Positions 20,073-29,178 of a stretch of DNA of 64,000 nt are shown here, one piece after another (positions within the stretch are counted from its first letter, which is position 1; each line of letters begins with the position of its first letter). The position numbers and the translations under genes are program-made. The stretch lies in NCBI GenBank assembly GCA_049606035.1, contig JBMYVD010000001.1, forward strand, positions 34,244 to 98,243, given 5' to 3'. Source of the DNA: Candidatus Poseidoniaceae archaeon (lineage in GTDB: Archaea > Thermoplasmatota > Poseidoniia > Poseidoniales > Poseidoniaceae). Under the pieces are notes generated by a model that worked only from the letters and a program-made list of their open reading frames with translations, was not told where the DNA came from and did not search any database.

Positions 20073-20728
20073 TCCAATAACCTCAACAAAATTCTGTCAC
20101 CTAGTTCTTCAGATATTGAGAATTCCTCACCATTGAGAAAAATCCCAGAGGCGGTTCTTTCGACCATGTCTCCTATTCTTATTCCTACAGATTTCAAGAC
20201 CTCTCTTGTTGCAGATGTCGTCATAATCAATGCCACTTCTGCTTTCTGTGAAACGGCAAGACCTGAAAGTTTTGATACGGATGGATTCTGTTCAAGCCGA
20301 TGCGCAATCCTCGAATTAGCAGGCGGGATTGTTTTTCCTGATGGATCTGTTTCCGGGTTTCCAAGAAGGAGTGAAATACAAACTTCTAGATCATCGTTGA
20401 ATGCATGTTCAAGCCGACAGGCTGTTTCGTGGACATCCCCTTCAAACGGCAGTTGAGTTAGCAAGACTTCTGCTAACCTATGTCTTCTTTTCATCATCAT
20501 TCCGTGCTCAAGTCCCTTTTCAGTCAACATTGCACCTTTGTATGGAACGTAGTCAACAAATCCGTTTTTTGCTAACCTTTGAATCATCTCTGTTGCAGAC
20601 GCAGGTGAAACACCAAGGTACTTTGCAAGTTCACCATTTCTTACTCTCTCGCCGGGAATTCTTTCATTGAATTCATAGAGTGTCTCAAGGTACTCGTCTT
20701 CAAACTCTTGGAAATGTCCTGTAACCAT
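20069..20728 (-). CDS. DtxR/MntR family metal-dependent transcriptional regulator
   Basis: EYLETLY, LAKYLGVSPASATEM, RRHRLAE, ACRLEH, DPSGKTIP, FeoA-like tail. Confidence 0.93.
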   Translation of the reverse strand: MVTGHFQEFEDEYLETLYEFNERIPGERVRNGELAKYLGVSPASATEMIQRLAKNGFVDYVPYKGAMLTEKGLEHGMMMKRRHRLAEVLLTQLPFEGDVHETACRLEHAFNDDLEVCISLLLGNPETDPSGKTIPPANSRIAHRLEQNPSVSKLSGLAVSQKAEVALIMTTSATREVLKSVGIRIGDMVERTASGIFLNGEEFSISEELGDRILLRLLE

Positions 20729-20737
20729 TCTATCCCC

Positions 20738-23161
20738 TCATCCTTTCCTTGCTTCGAATATTGTGCTGCACGCCGGGCACCTAGCCTTTGCAGGCCTCTT
20801 ATCATATGGAACCTTTAGTTTCCTAGTACATTTTGGACAACCGAGAATATCGTTATCCGAAGAAGAAAACAAATCTTGTGAAGGTGTTGATTTTTCTTCC
20901 TGTTTTTGCTTCTCTTCTGGAATTGGAGTCTCAACCTTGGCTTCGACATCAAATTTAGTTTCACATTCCGGACATCTCACTGCACCTGTGTATGTACTTG
21001 GAACACGTAACCTACGGTCGCAGGTTGGACATGCAACCTCGATTTTTTCCTCTTTAGAAGTGGACGCTTTGGTAGATTTAGGCGTTTTTTCTTTCTTTTC
21101 TCTTGCAGGAGAATTCTTGATTCGAACTGCGAAAATAACTACCATTCCTAGGGCTAATCCTCCCAAGATTCCTCCCCAAGGTATCTCAAAACCCTCATCC
21201 TCTGACTCCGCCTTTTCAGAGTTCACCAATACATCATCACTAACCGATTTTCCACCAACGTACCATGTTACTGATATTTTCACATTCTCTCCATCAGGCC
21301 AGTTTACAACAGTGCTATGGTCTGTGCTTCCCGAAGTTACCTCCGGACTAGTATCACTCCCCAATATTTCACCTGATGCATCAGTGACAACTATCTGTCC
21401 TTGTGGGATTGAACCCGTTGCGATATTGGTCAAGGTGTAGTAAACAGTCACTTTTGATCCAGCAGTAGGAACTCTAGGTTGTGTGTTCGGATTGACAGTG
21501 ATTTGGGGATTAATTTCGAAACTTGGCATTTGGGTTTCATCATCGGTGAAAGATGAGAAACCAATCGTCCATTCAATCGCTGACAAGTCGATGTAGACTT
21601 CTTGCCCATCTTGGAATCCAATATTGACATCACCATATGTAATTCCGGGTAGAAGTAGGCGTTCCTCAATAATTGCATCACCCTTCAAACCATCTTGTAT
21701 CGCTCCGAATTTCAGATTCACTAGCCTGTCTTTACCCTCAGAAAGCTCGGCAGACCAAGAAATTACAACTCCCTCGTCTTCGACATCAACGCTTTCTATC
21801 TCAAATAAAATCACTTGGGAATCTAAAACTGGTATTGAAATTGAACCCGACAAAATAGAATCGACAACTCCGTCATCACTTACAATTGACCAGTTTACCA
21901 GTTTATCTCCAGAAGAAGCAACAGAGAATGAGTGACTTACCTCTCCTGCTTTACCGCTATCAAGCGAAATTGTTGGACCGTCTTGTAAAACTCCACCCAT
22001 CTCGATTTCAAGATGCGCAGTTCCAATTGCATCACCTTCGTTTCGCAATAGTAGTGACAATGTAATGTCATCACCAGCATGCCATGGCCCACCTAGGATA
22101 GAAGGAGTAGAATGGCCAGCTCCAACGAATATTGCCGATATCATTTCTACAGAGTCTGTTGCGTTAATGGTAAATGAAGTCCTTGCTCCCGATGTAGTAC
22201 AGACAACTTGCCCTGGTTTGGAGTTCATCGAAATCGTGTAATTTGAATATCCACCTGTCGAGATGTTGACTTGATTGGAGAAGAACTCAACTCCATCTAT
22301 ACTACAGAGTAAACCCCCCGAGAAATTTGATTCTCCTGTGTTATTTGCATGTAATACCCAATCCATTGCATCCCCCGGCGCTGGCTGAGTAATTCTTTCC
22401 AGACTCAACTGAATCTCAGGTAGTGGCGGTGGGCCAACCGTGAAGGTTGTTTGAAATGTGTCGTCAGATGAATCTGAATCCTGCGTACCATTTAGTGATA
22501 CGTTAAGAAAATGAATACCTTCGGTAAGTTGTTGAGTTGTAAAACTCACTATTTCGGTTGAATCTCCTGAGATATTTACAGATTGCTCACCCAGTATAAT
22601 TGAATCTAGACTCAGATTGAGTGACCCATTCCAAGGCACGTCACCTGAGTTGATTATTGGCACCTCTATTTCGGCATAATCACCGTCATTAACAGTAAAA
22701 TTACCAGTTGGATTACCGTCTCCATCCACCGGATTAATCGTTGGTTCTGCTACGGAAATTTCCAACGGCCTCAACCGTTGGATTATTGTGCTGTAGTTTG
22801 TATACTGACCTTGACCTGGTGTTCCAACATCGCCAGTTATGACTATAGATAGGTTAGAATATCCTAATGGCGCGTCACCAACTGTTGTTTCGACAAATGA
22901 ATATGAACCATCATTGACCAAAACATTGCCACTGTCATAATCGATAATCGACCCATTTTCACCGGTAAGGGTAACATTCCAATTTACAGATGCTGAACTC
23001 GCACCGCCAACTCCTATCATCGTTATATTGAGCGATATCGGACCTTCTCCAATCTCTCCATCGCCTGAAATTGAGATTGTCTCAATCACACCGCCAGTAG
23101 CATTTACTTGTGGAACAAGAGCCATTGCAAAGAGGAATGCAACTAGAATGGCTCGTCGCAT
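20738..23161 (-). CDS. Cell-surface Ig/CARDB-like repeat protein with TM anchor and two cytoplasmic zinc ribbons
   Basis: Signal peptide, repeated N.G.. beta-rich modules, TM, then CPTC..CPEC and CPKC..CPAC. Confidence 0.75.
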   Translation of the reverse strand: MRRAILVAFLFAMALVPQVNATGGVIETISISGDGEIGEGPISLNITMIGVGGASSASVNWNVTLTGENGSIIDYDSGNVLVNDGSYSFVETTVGDAPLGYSNLSIVITGDVGTPGQGQYTNYSTIIQRLRPLEISVAEPTINPVDGDGNPTGNFTVNDGDYAEIEVPIINSGDVPWNGSLNLSLDSIILGEQSVNISGDSTEIVSFTTQQLTEGIHFLNVSLNGTQDSDSSDDTFQTTFTVGPPPLPEIQLSLERITQPAPGDAMDWVLHANNTGESNFSGGLLCSIDGVEFFSNQVNISTGGYSNYTISMNSKPGQVVCTTSGARTSFTINATDSVEMISAIFVGAGHSTPSILGGPWHAGDDITLSLLLRNEGDAIGTAHLEIEMGGVLQDGPTISLDSGKAGEVSHSFSVASSGDKLVNWSIVSDDGVVDSILSGSISIPVLDSQVILFEIESVDVEDEGVVISWSAELSEGKDRLVNLKFGAIQDGLKGDAIIEERLLLPGITYGDVNIGFQDGQEVYIDLSAIEWTIGFSSFTDDETQMPSFEINPQITVNPNTQPRVPTAGSKVTVYYTLTNIATGSIPQGQIVVTDASGEILGSDTSPEVTSGSTDHSTVVNWPDGENVKISVTWYVGGKSVSDDVLVNSEKAESEDEGFEIPWGGILGGLALGMVVIFAVRIKNSPAREKKEKTPKSTKASTSKEEKIEVACPTCDRRLRVPSTYTGAVRCPECETKFDVEAKVETPIPEEKQKQEEKSTPSQDLFSSSDNDILGCPKCTRKLKVPYDKRPAKARCPACSTIFEARKG

Positions 23162-23258
23162 GGTGTATGCTCATCGGACGGGGGTTATGACCTTCACCCA
23201 CCCTTTAGGGTGGGACGCAGCATTTATTGAAGGAGGGCAGGTGGCCGCAGTGATTCCA

Positions 23259-24089
23259 ATGGATGCGAACGACCTTCTCGCAGTCTCACCTAAACTTCTT
23301 GCTCAAGCAATTCTGCACCGTAGAGAAAGGATTGCAGAGATGATTCCAAGCGATTTAGAAGAACGGAAGGAGGAGCTACAAACCGCTGAACCAATGGCTA
23401 AAAACGCCAGAGAAGAGCGCGACAAAATCAACTCAAAGGTAGCCAATTTGAAGAATGAAAGGAACACGGCACAGAAGGAAGCCCGTCAACTGTTCGAAAG
23501 GGCTAATGAGATTCGGGAACAACTCATTGCAGAAGGCGGATTGAAGAATCCAGACCCAAAGTGGGCAAAGGACAAATTGTCTGCGAAATTGCAATCTCTG
23601 GAAAATCAACTAGAAACAAGCGCTGGCACTCACAAGACCGAAGAGAAATTCATCAATGAAATGAAGTCTCTGATCAGAGAACATGAAGAATGGGTAGAGG
23701 AGAGAACATCATCACAGCCTCTTGTCAAAGAAATGAAAGATGCAAGGTCAAAGGCTCGAAAACTATTGGACTCTGCTCAGAAAGCGCACGATGCGATGGT
23801 TGAATTGGTAAAATCAAACGAGGAAATGCACGAATCTTACGTCAAGTGGGAAGATGCAAGGGCCAGAGCTAGGTCTCGTACATCGAGACTTGAAAATGCA
23901 CTAAGTTCCAGTCAGGACGCTTTACAGTTCTGGAAAAACAGAGTTGAGGAAGATAACTTCAACGACCTACTCACAGATTCGGTTAGAGTAAGAGAAGGAG
24001 GTCCTTCATCCAAATCAATTGCAAGAGCAAAGAAGGCCGAAAGAGAAGCAGAGGCTAAACAAAACTCAGCAGGAGTTGAGGAAGAATGA
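23259..24089 (+). CDS. Archaeal coiled-coil protein (COG1340-like)
   Basis: ERDKINSKVANLKNERN, AQKAHDAM, NEEMH heptads; start MDAND chosen because the ORF-track start overlaps the divergent gene. Confidence 0.75.
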   Translation: MDANDLLAVSPKLLAQAILHRRERIAEMIPSDLEERKEELQTAEPMAKNAREERDKINSKVANLKNERNTAQKEARQLFERANEIREQLIAEGGLKNPDPKWAKDKLSAKLQSLENQLETSAGTHKTEEKFINEMKSLIREHEEWVEERTSSQPLVKEMKDARSKARKLLDSAQKAHDAMVELVKSNEEMHESYVKWEDARARARSRTSRLENALSSSQDALQFWKNRVEEDNFNDLLTDSVRVREGGPSSKSIARAKKAEREAEAKQNSAGVEEE

Positions 24090-26170
24090 GCGAAGTCTGC
24101 GAGATTACTGGATTGTCAAAGGGTGACGCGACAAAATTATCCTACCTACATAAGCACATTACTCAGGGTAGCGAAATACCAATTCCGGATGAAAAGTCAT
24201 TGAGTGGATTCATCAAACCTTTAGAGAACACTGTTTCCTCCAACAGAATCCACAACAGTGAGCAAAAGAGGAAAGATAGTTTGCTAAAACACTTAGAGAA
24301 AAGCATTGCTTCAAAGTTTGAGGGAGCAAAACTTTCTCCATTTGGCTCCGCAGAGAGCGGACTTTCCCTTAAAGGAGGAGATTTTGACCTGTGCCTACAA
24401 ATCCCGAACGCTGACGAAAAGAAAACCATCAAACGAATAGGTGGAATGCTAAGAGGTCAAGGTATGGAGAAAGTACAGACAATTACCAGAGCAAAGGTAC
24501 CTATAGTCAAGTTCATTGACCCTCGAAGTGGCCTAAATGTTGACATCTCAATCAACAATTCACTAGCATTGTACAACACTAAATTGCTATCTTCATACGC
24601 CAAAATGGACAAGCGAGTGAAGGATCTTGCAATTTGTGTTAAGCACTGGGCCTTACACAGAAATGTTTCAGATTCGGTAAATGGAACACTATCATCATAC
24701 GCATGGTCAATCCTTGTAATCAACCACTTACAAGAGCAACAGGTGATCCCAAACCTGCAAAGTGGAGAGGATAGAACCATAATCGAGATAGACGGAAAAG
24801 AATTTGACATTACAGTGAATGAAGATGCTTCTCTTGCTCAACCAAGTCAACAAAATATCGCAGAATTAGCAATGTCATTTTTCAGAAATTATGCAACGAA
24901 GGACTGGGAAAATGAAGTGATTTCTATTCGAAATGGTAAATCCATCTCAAGAGACGAAAAGGGATGGATGAATGAAAATCCAACAGCACTAGAGATTTAC
25001 AACAGCGATAAGGAAAATCCGGGAAAGATGGGAGAGCACCATCTAGCTATTGAAGACCCATTTGAGACCGACCATGACCTGTGCAGGGTTGTTCGCGCCG
25101 AAGGTGAATTACGGATTAGAAATGAATTACTCAGGGCTGCAGAGTTGTTTGGAAGCGGCTCTACTTGGAAGGAAATCTGCGAAACCGTAGACGCTGATAG
25201 ATTGAAAGGCATGGAACCAGTTGACATTTTCCACGATCTGCGTGATAAAAACGACGACTTGGTTAGAAACATGTTGGAGAAAACCAAAGCAGAAATGGAT
25301 GCCGTTGACAGGCTGATAGACGCATTGGAATCTGAGCGACAGTCCACACTTAGAATGGCTAAAGCAATGCGTGGAGTTATTGAGGAAACTTCAGACTTGA
25401 GGAAGGAACACAAAGCGATTATCACAGGCCTAAAATCCAGGAACAAAGAAATCGATGAAATCAAAGTAAAAAGAGACAAAATCAACTCTGACATCATCCT
25501 CCCAATACACATGATTGAGGATGAATTATCCAAAGTTTACAATAGACTTACTGAGGAATTAGACATCCACAGAGTTCCTTCTTTAGCCAAAGAAAAGGAA
25601 CAGTTTTCTTGGTTCATGGAATTGCAAGCAATGCACGGTAAGGCAAGAGAGGCAAGTGAACTCCATCACAGATTCGTCGAGTTGGTAAAAGAGCAGAAAG
25701 AGGAAATCAAGAAATTGAAGATTTATGAAACCAAACACGATGATGCAACCGCAAAACTGCTCCAAGATGAACCGATGTTAAAGGACAAAAACATCAACTC
25801 CAAGGAAGTCGGTTCTTACGACAGACGTGTTCACAATATTCAGAGGGCTTTGAGACAGAGGCGAGGGGAAATGCACAAACTTCGCCGAGAAGCTGGCCGT
25901 TTGGATGCTTGGCTGCGCAAAAAATCTGGCGACCAAAACCGTGGGAGAGGTCGTGGCAAAGGAAACCGCAGAGGCCAAAAACCGAGAGAAAAGAAAGAGG
26001 AGTCTGGCCCCATGACCCTGGGGGACATTTCCGGGTTACTATCTGGCATGGGTACAGGATCATCGAGCAAAAGAACAAGGAAGGTCAGTTCCAAGAAGGC
26101 TGGAATGCGCAAAATGGGCAACTTAGGTGCACACAGAGGCTCTAGAAGTCAATTCAAAAAGAAAGAGTGA
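24086..26170 (+). CDS. Cid1/TUTase-like terminal nucleotidyltransferase fused to a COG1340-like coiled coil
   Basis: FGSAESGLSLKGGDFDL (D99, D101), AKVPIVK, VDISINN (D153), NTKLLSSY, VKHWA, GTLSSYA, IEDPFETDH (H330); C-terminal coiled coil and RG-rich basic tail. Confidence 0.88.
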   Translation: MSEVCEITGLSKGDATKLSYLHKHITQGSEIPIPDEKSLSGFIKPLENTVSSNRIHNSEQKRKDSLLKHLEKSIASKFEGAKLSPFGSAESGLSLKGGDFDLCLQIPNADEKKTIKRIGGMLRGQGMEKVQTITRAKVPIVKFIDPRSGLNVDISINNSLALYNTKLLSSYAKMDKRVKDLAICVKHWALHRNVSDSVNGTLSSYAWSILVINHLQEQQVIPNLQSGEDRTIIEIDGKEFDITVNEDASLAQPSQQNIAELAMSFFRNYATKDWENEVISIRNGKSISRDEKGWMNENPTALEIYNSDKENPGKMGEHHLAIEDPFETDHDLCRVVRAEGELRIRNELLRAAELFGSGSTWKEICETVDADRLKGMEPVDIFHDLRDKNDDLVRNMLEKTKAEMDAVDRLIDALESERQSTLRMAKAMRGVIEETSDLRKEHKAIITGLKSRNKEIDEIKVKRDKINSDIILPIHMIEDELSKVYNRLTEELDIHRVPSLAKEKEQFSWFMELQAMHGKAREASELHHRFVELVKEQKEEIKKLKIYETKHDDATAKLLQDEPMLKDKNINSKEVGSYDRRVHNIQRALRQRRGEMHKLRREAGRLDAWLRKKSGDQNRGRGRGKGNRRGQKPREKKEESGPMTLGDISGLLSGMGTGSSSKRTRKVSSKKAGMRKMGNLGAHRGSRSQFKKKE

Positions 26171-26175
26171 GATAA

Positions 26176-26664
26176 ATGGGCTTAGATTCGAGTGATAAAT
26201 TCGCTCGTTGGTGTTTGGGCCCAGCACCAAAGTCTCTTGATGCTGAAAGTGTGGAGATAATTCGCCAGTTATTTTTAGACCAAACTGGAGAAAGATATGC
26301 TTCTGAATCCGTGAGAACACTCCCTATTCCAGAGTGGAGAGGGAATCTCGTTTTGTTGGATTCTAACAATATGATTCGTGGCGTGTTGTGGGGTAATAAA
26401 TTCAAAGAAAATAGGGTTAGAATCGTGGCTTTTGCGATAGATTCTGATTTCAAAGGTAGAGGATTTGGGTCGCAAGCATGGGAAATGCTTGTCGACGCAG
26501 CATTCGCAGACGGACGCAACGAGATACAACTAGAGGTAAGAGGGGATAATAAATTCGCGATTGAATTCTATAAAAGGAGAGGCTTAGAGATTGTTTCAAC
26601 CTTGGAGGGATACTACAAAGCAGGTATTGGTTACGTAATGCGAGGAAAGATTTCATCCAAATAG
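26176..26664 (+). CDS. GNAT family N-acetyltransferase (RimI-like)
   Basis: FAIDSDFKGRGFGS, LEVRGDNKFAIEFYKRRG, GYY. Confidence 0.9.
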   Translation: MGLDSSDKFARWCLGPAPKSLDAESVEIIRQLFLDQTGERYASESVRTLPIPEWRGNLVLLDSNNMIRGVLWGNKFKENRVRIVAFAIDSDFKGRGFGSQAWEMLVDAAFADGRNEIQLEVRGDNKFAIEFYKRRGLEIVSTLEGYYKAGIGYVMRGKISSK

Positions 26665-26693
26665 TATTGAAGTGCCATCGCTTGAGATGGACT

Positions 26694-26999
26694 GTGGGAA
26701 TCAGAATCATTGCCGACCTTGTGGATGAGGAATGCATCATTTCAGCAGCATTACTAGACCCAGAAGGATTCACAATTGAGAGAACTTCAAACGAATTCAA
26801 ACCCAAAGTAATGATTGAGTTGTTGGACCTACAATCAGAGGATAAGATGATCACTATTGTCGGTGAGCATTCAACAGTTATCTGCTCACGTATTGACACT
26901 GGTCACTGCATCGTAATTCAGTGTCCAAACGGTAGCAATTTAGGTAAAGCTAGACAAAGATTGTCAGCCGCTTGTAGCGCAATTCCACCCTTTTTATGA
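26694..26999 (+). CDS. Roadblock/LC7 (MglB)-like protein
   Basis: About 100 aa; helix-AALLDPEGFTI-helix-three strands-NLGKAR-helix topology; GTG start. Confidence 0.55.
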   Translation: MGIRIIADLVDEECIISAALLDPEGFTIERTSNEFKPKVMIELLDLQSEDKMITIVGEHSTVICSRIDTGHCIVIQCPNGSNLGKARQRLSAACSAIPPFL

Positions 27000-27088
27000 A
27001 AGTCTCCCGTAGGGAGGCTTCAAATGGGATAGGTAAGTCGCAAACTCGCTGAGTGTACGGGAGTACAAGGCGAACAGGTGCGATGGTA

Positions 27089-27967
27089 ATGGCAGAATTG
27101 AAGGATACTTTGGAAGAAAAGCGCAAACTGGTCAATCAAAAAGCGACTCAATATCGCAACACCAGAGATGATTGGAACTCCAGAACAAAGGAACATACCG
27201 TCATCAGAAACGAACTGAATGCAGAGGTTCGTGAACTAATCCAAAATGTCCGCCAACAGCGTGAAATTCGTGAACAAATGAACGAGTTGGTAAGAGAAAA
27301 GAAATCTATTCGTGCTGAAGCAAATAAGAAGGTCAAGGCTGCAAAGTCAATGCTAGATTCTGAAAGGTCTGAGAAGGACGACAGAGATTCAGGTCCAAGA
27401 GGCCGTAGAGAAAAGAAAGTGACTGTTCACTCTCTGCGCCGTGAATTCGACAGGCTAGAACGAGAAATGGAAATGGGTAAGCACCTAGGTCAAAACGAAA
27501 AGAAAGCAATGAAGCGAATGAAAGAAATTCGTGCAAAGATTCGTGAAATGCAAGCATCTGAAGACTCCAATGGAGATTTGAAAGAAGCACGTGGCATGCT
27601 AAGAGAAGCAATGGTCGAGCAAGAGGCCGCTCACGTTGAGGTACAGAAAGCTGCACAAGCCGCTCAAGAAGCACACGACTTAATGCTACAGTGGAATAAA
27701 GAGGTTGACAGACAAAGAGAACTCGCAGAAGAGGCTCATCGTGAACTTAGAAAGTCAAAGAAGGAGGCTGACAAAGCACACCACTTCTACATTGTATCAC
27801 TGAGGTGCCTACATTCAATCCAAGATATACTACGTGCAATGCAAGGAACTGCAACAGGAGAGTCACAGCGTGGAGCACGTGGTGAAGTCCAAGATTTGAT
27901 GTCCAAGTTAATGAGTGGAGATACGCTTTCCACTGAGGAACTTATGCAACTTCAACGCTTTGACTAA
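27089..27967 (+). CDS. Archaeal coiled-coil protein (COG1340-like)
   Basis: RNELNAEVRE, AQEAHDLM, ADKAHH, C-terminal KLMSGDTLSTEELMQLQ. Confidence 0.8.
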   Translation: MAELKDTLEEKRKLVNQKATQYRNTRDDWNSRTKEHTVIRNELNAEVRELIQNVRQQREIREQMNELVREKKSIRAEANKKVKAAKSMLDSERSEKDDRDSGPRGRREKKVTVHSLRREFDRLEREMEMGKHLGQNEKKAMKRMKEIRAKIREMQASEDSNGDLKEARGMLREAMVEQEAAHVEVQKAAQAAQEAHDLMLQWNKEVDRQRELAEEAHRELRKSKKEADKAHHFYIVSLRCLHSIQDILRAMQGTATGESQRGARGEVQDLMSKLMSGDTLSTEELMQLQRFD

Positions 27968-28013
27968 CTACAAAGGCCATCGAGTATCACAATGGTATTA
28001 GGGGAGTTGTAAG

Positions 28014-29171
28014 ATGATTGGCAAAGATGAGATTGCAGGGATAATCGAAGACTACGACCGTCTCAAATTGAGAGTTGGCATGACGGCAAGTCACTCAGCC
28101 CTAGACATCTGTGATGGTGCTATCGAGGAAGGATTCCCCACCGTTGCATATTGTCAAAAAGGTAGGGACAAGACTTACTCTCAATATTTCAAAACTCAGC
28201 GCACCGTTTCTGGAAGAGTCAGAAGGGGAATGGTCGACAAAGCAATCGTCATGGATTCTTTCAACGATGTTATGAATCCAACAATGCAGGATGAAATGCG
28301 AAGGAGAAACGTAATTTATATCCCAAACAGATCTTTCACCTCTTATTCCAGCATCGATGATGTAGAGAATAACTTCCATGTTCCCATGTTTGGCTCACGC
28401 AATATGCTGAGAATGGAAGAGCGTACAGAAGACCAGGATTATTATTGGATCTTGGACAAAGCAGGTCTTCCATACCCCGAAGCAATCGAGGACCCCCAGG
28501 ATATCGATTGCTTGGTAATCGTGAAACTTCACCATGCCCAAAAGAAGTTGGAGAGAGGTTTCTTCACCTGTGCATCTTACGAAGAATACCTAGAGAAATC
28601 ACAAACATTACTCAAGGAAGGTACAATCGACCAAGCAAGTCTCGATGGTGCTCGAATCGAAAGATACGTTATCGGTCCAGTGTTTAACTTGAATTTCTTT
28701 TACAGCCCTCTTGAAGAAGACATGCCTAAGTTAGAACTCCTTGGAGTAGATTGGAGATTTGAGTCTTCACTTGACGGTCACGTCAGACTACCTGCTCCAC
28801 AACAGATGACTATGCCTGCTCACCAACAAATCCCAGAGATGACAGTTGTTGGTCACAACACAGCAACAATCAGAGAATCCCTACTTGAGAAGGCATTTGA
28901 ACTAGGTGAGAAATTCATCACTGCTTCAAAGGAACATTACGACCCAGGAATAATTGGCCCGTTCTGTCTTCAAACATGTATCGACAAGGACATGAATTAC
29001 TCAATCTACGATGTTGCTCCACGTTTAGGTGGAGGCACAAACGTACACGTTTCTGTTGGTCATCCATACGGAAATGCAACATGGCGTCAGCCAGTTTCCT
29101 CTGGTCGCAGAATTGCGATGGAACTGAGAAGAGCTGCAGAACAAGACCGACTACTCGAAGTATTGACTTGA
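28014..29171 (+). CDS. purP: PurP-family ATP-grasp (FAICAR synthetase-like)
   Basis: ASHSALDI.DGA.EEGF, IPNRSF, ERGFF, GIIGPFCLQ, RLGGGTN, GRRIA.E. Confidence 0.88.
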   Translation: MIGKDEIAGIIEDYDRLKLRVGMTASHSALDICDGAIEEGFPTVAYCQKGRDKTYSQYFKTQRTVSGRVRRGMVDKAIVMDSFNDVMNPTMQDEMRRRNVIYIPNRSFTSYSSIDDVENNFHVPMFGSRNMLRMEERTEDQDYYWILDKAGLPYPEAIEDPQDIDCLVIVKLHHAQKKLERGFFTCASYEEYLEKSQTLLKEGTIDQASLDGARIERYVIGPVFNLNFFYSPLEEDMPKLELLGVDWRFESSLDGHVRLPAPQQMTMPAHQQIPEMTVVGHNTATIRESLLEKAFELGEKFITASKEHYDPGIIGPFCLQTCIDKDMNYSIYDVAPRLGGGTNVHVSVGHPYGNATWRQPVSSGRRIAMELRRAAEQDRLLEVLT

Positions 29172-29178
29172 GGTTGGT

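Noticed and set aside
20763..21440. Long antisense ORFs (also 49772-50446, 33397-33918, 18478-18975 and others)
   Set aside because: Shadow frames opposite well-supported genes, with Ser/Pro-rich non-protein-like composition
24086..26170. CBASS CD-NTase, CCA-adding enzyme or MNT antitoxin
   Set aside because: Motifs (VPIVK, NT.LL..Y, GTLSSY, IEDPF) are Cid1/TENT-type, and there are no Cap effectors or HEPN partner adjacent
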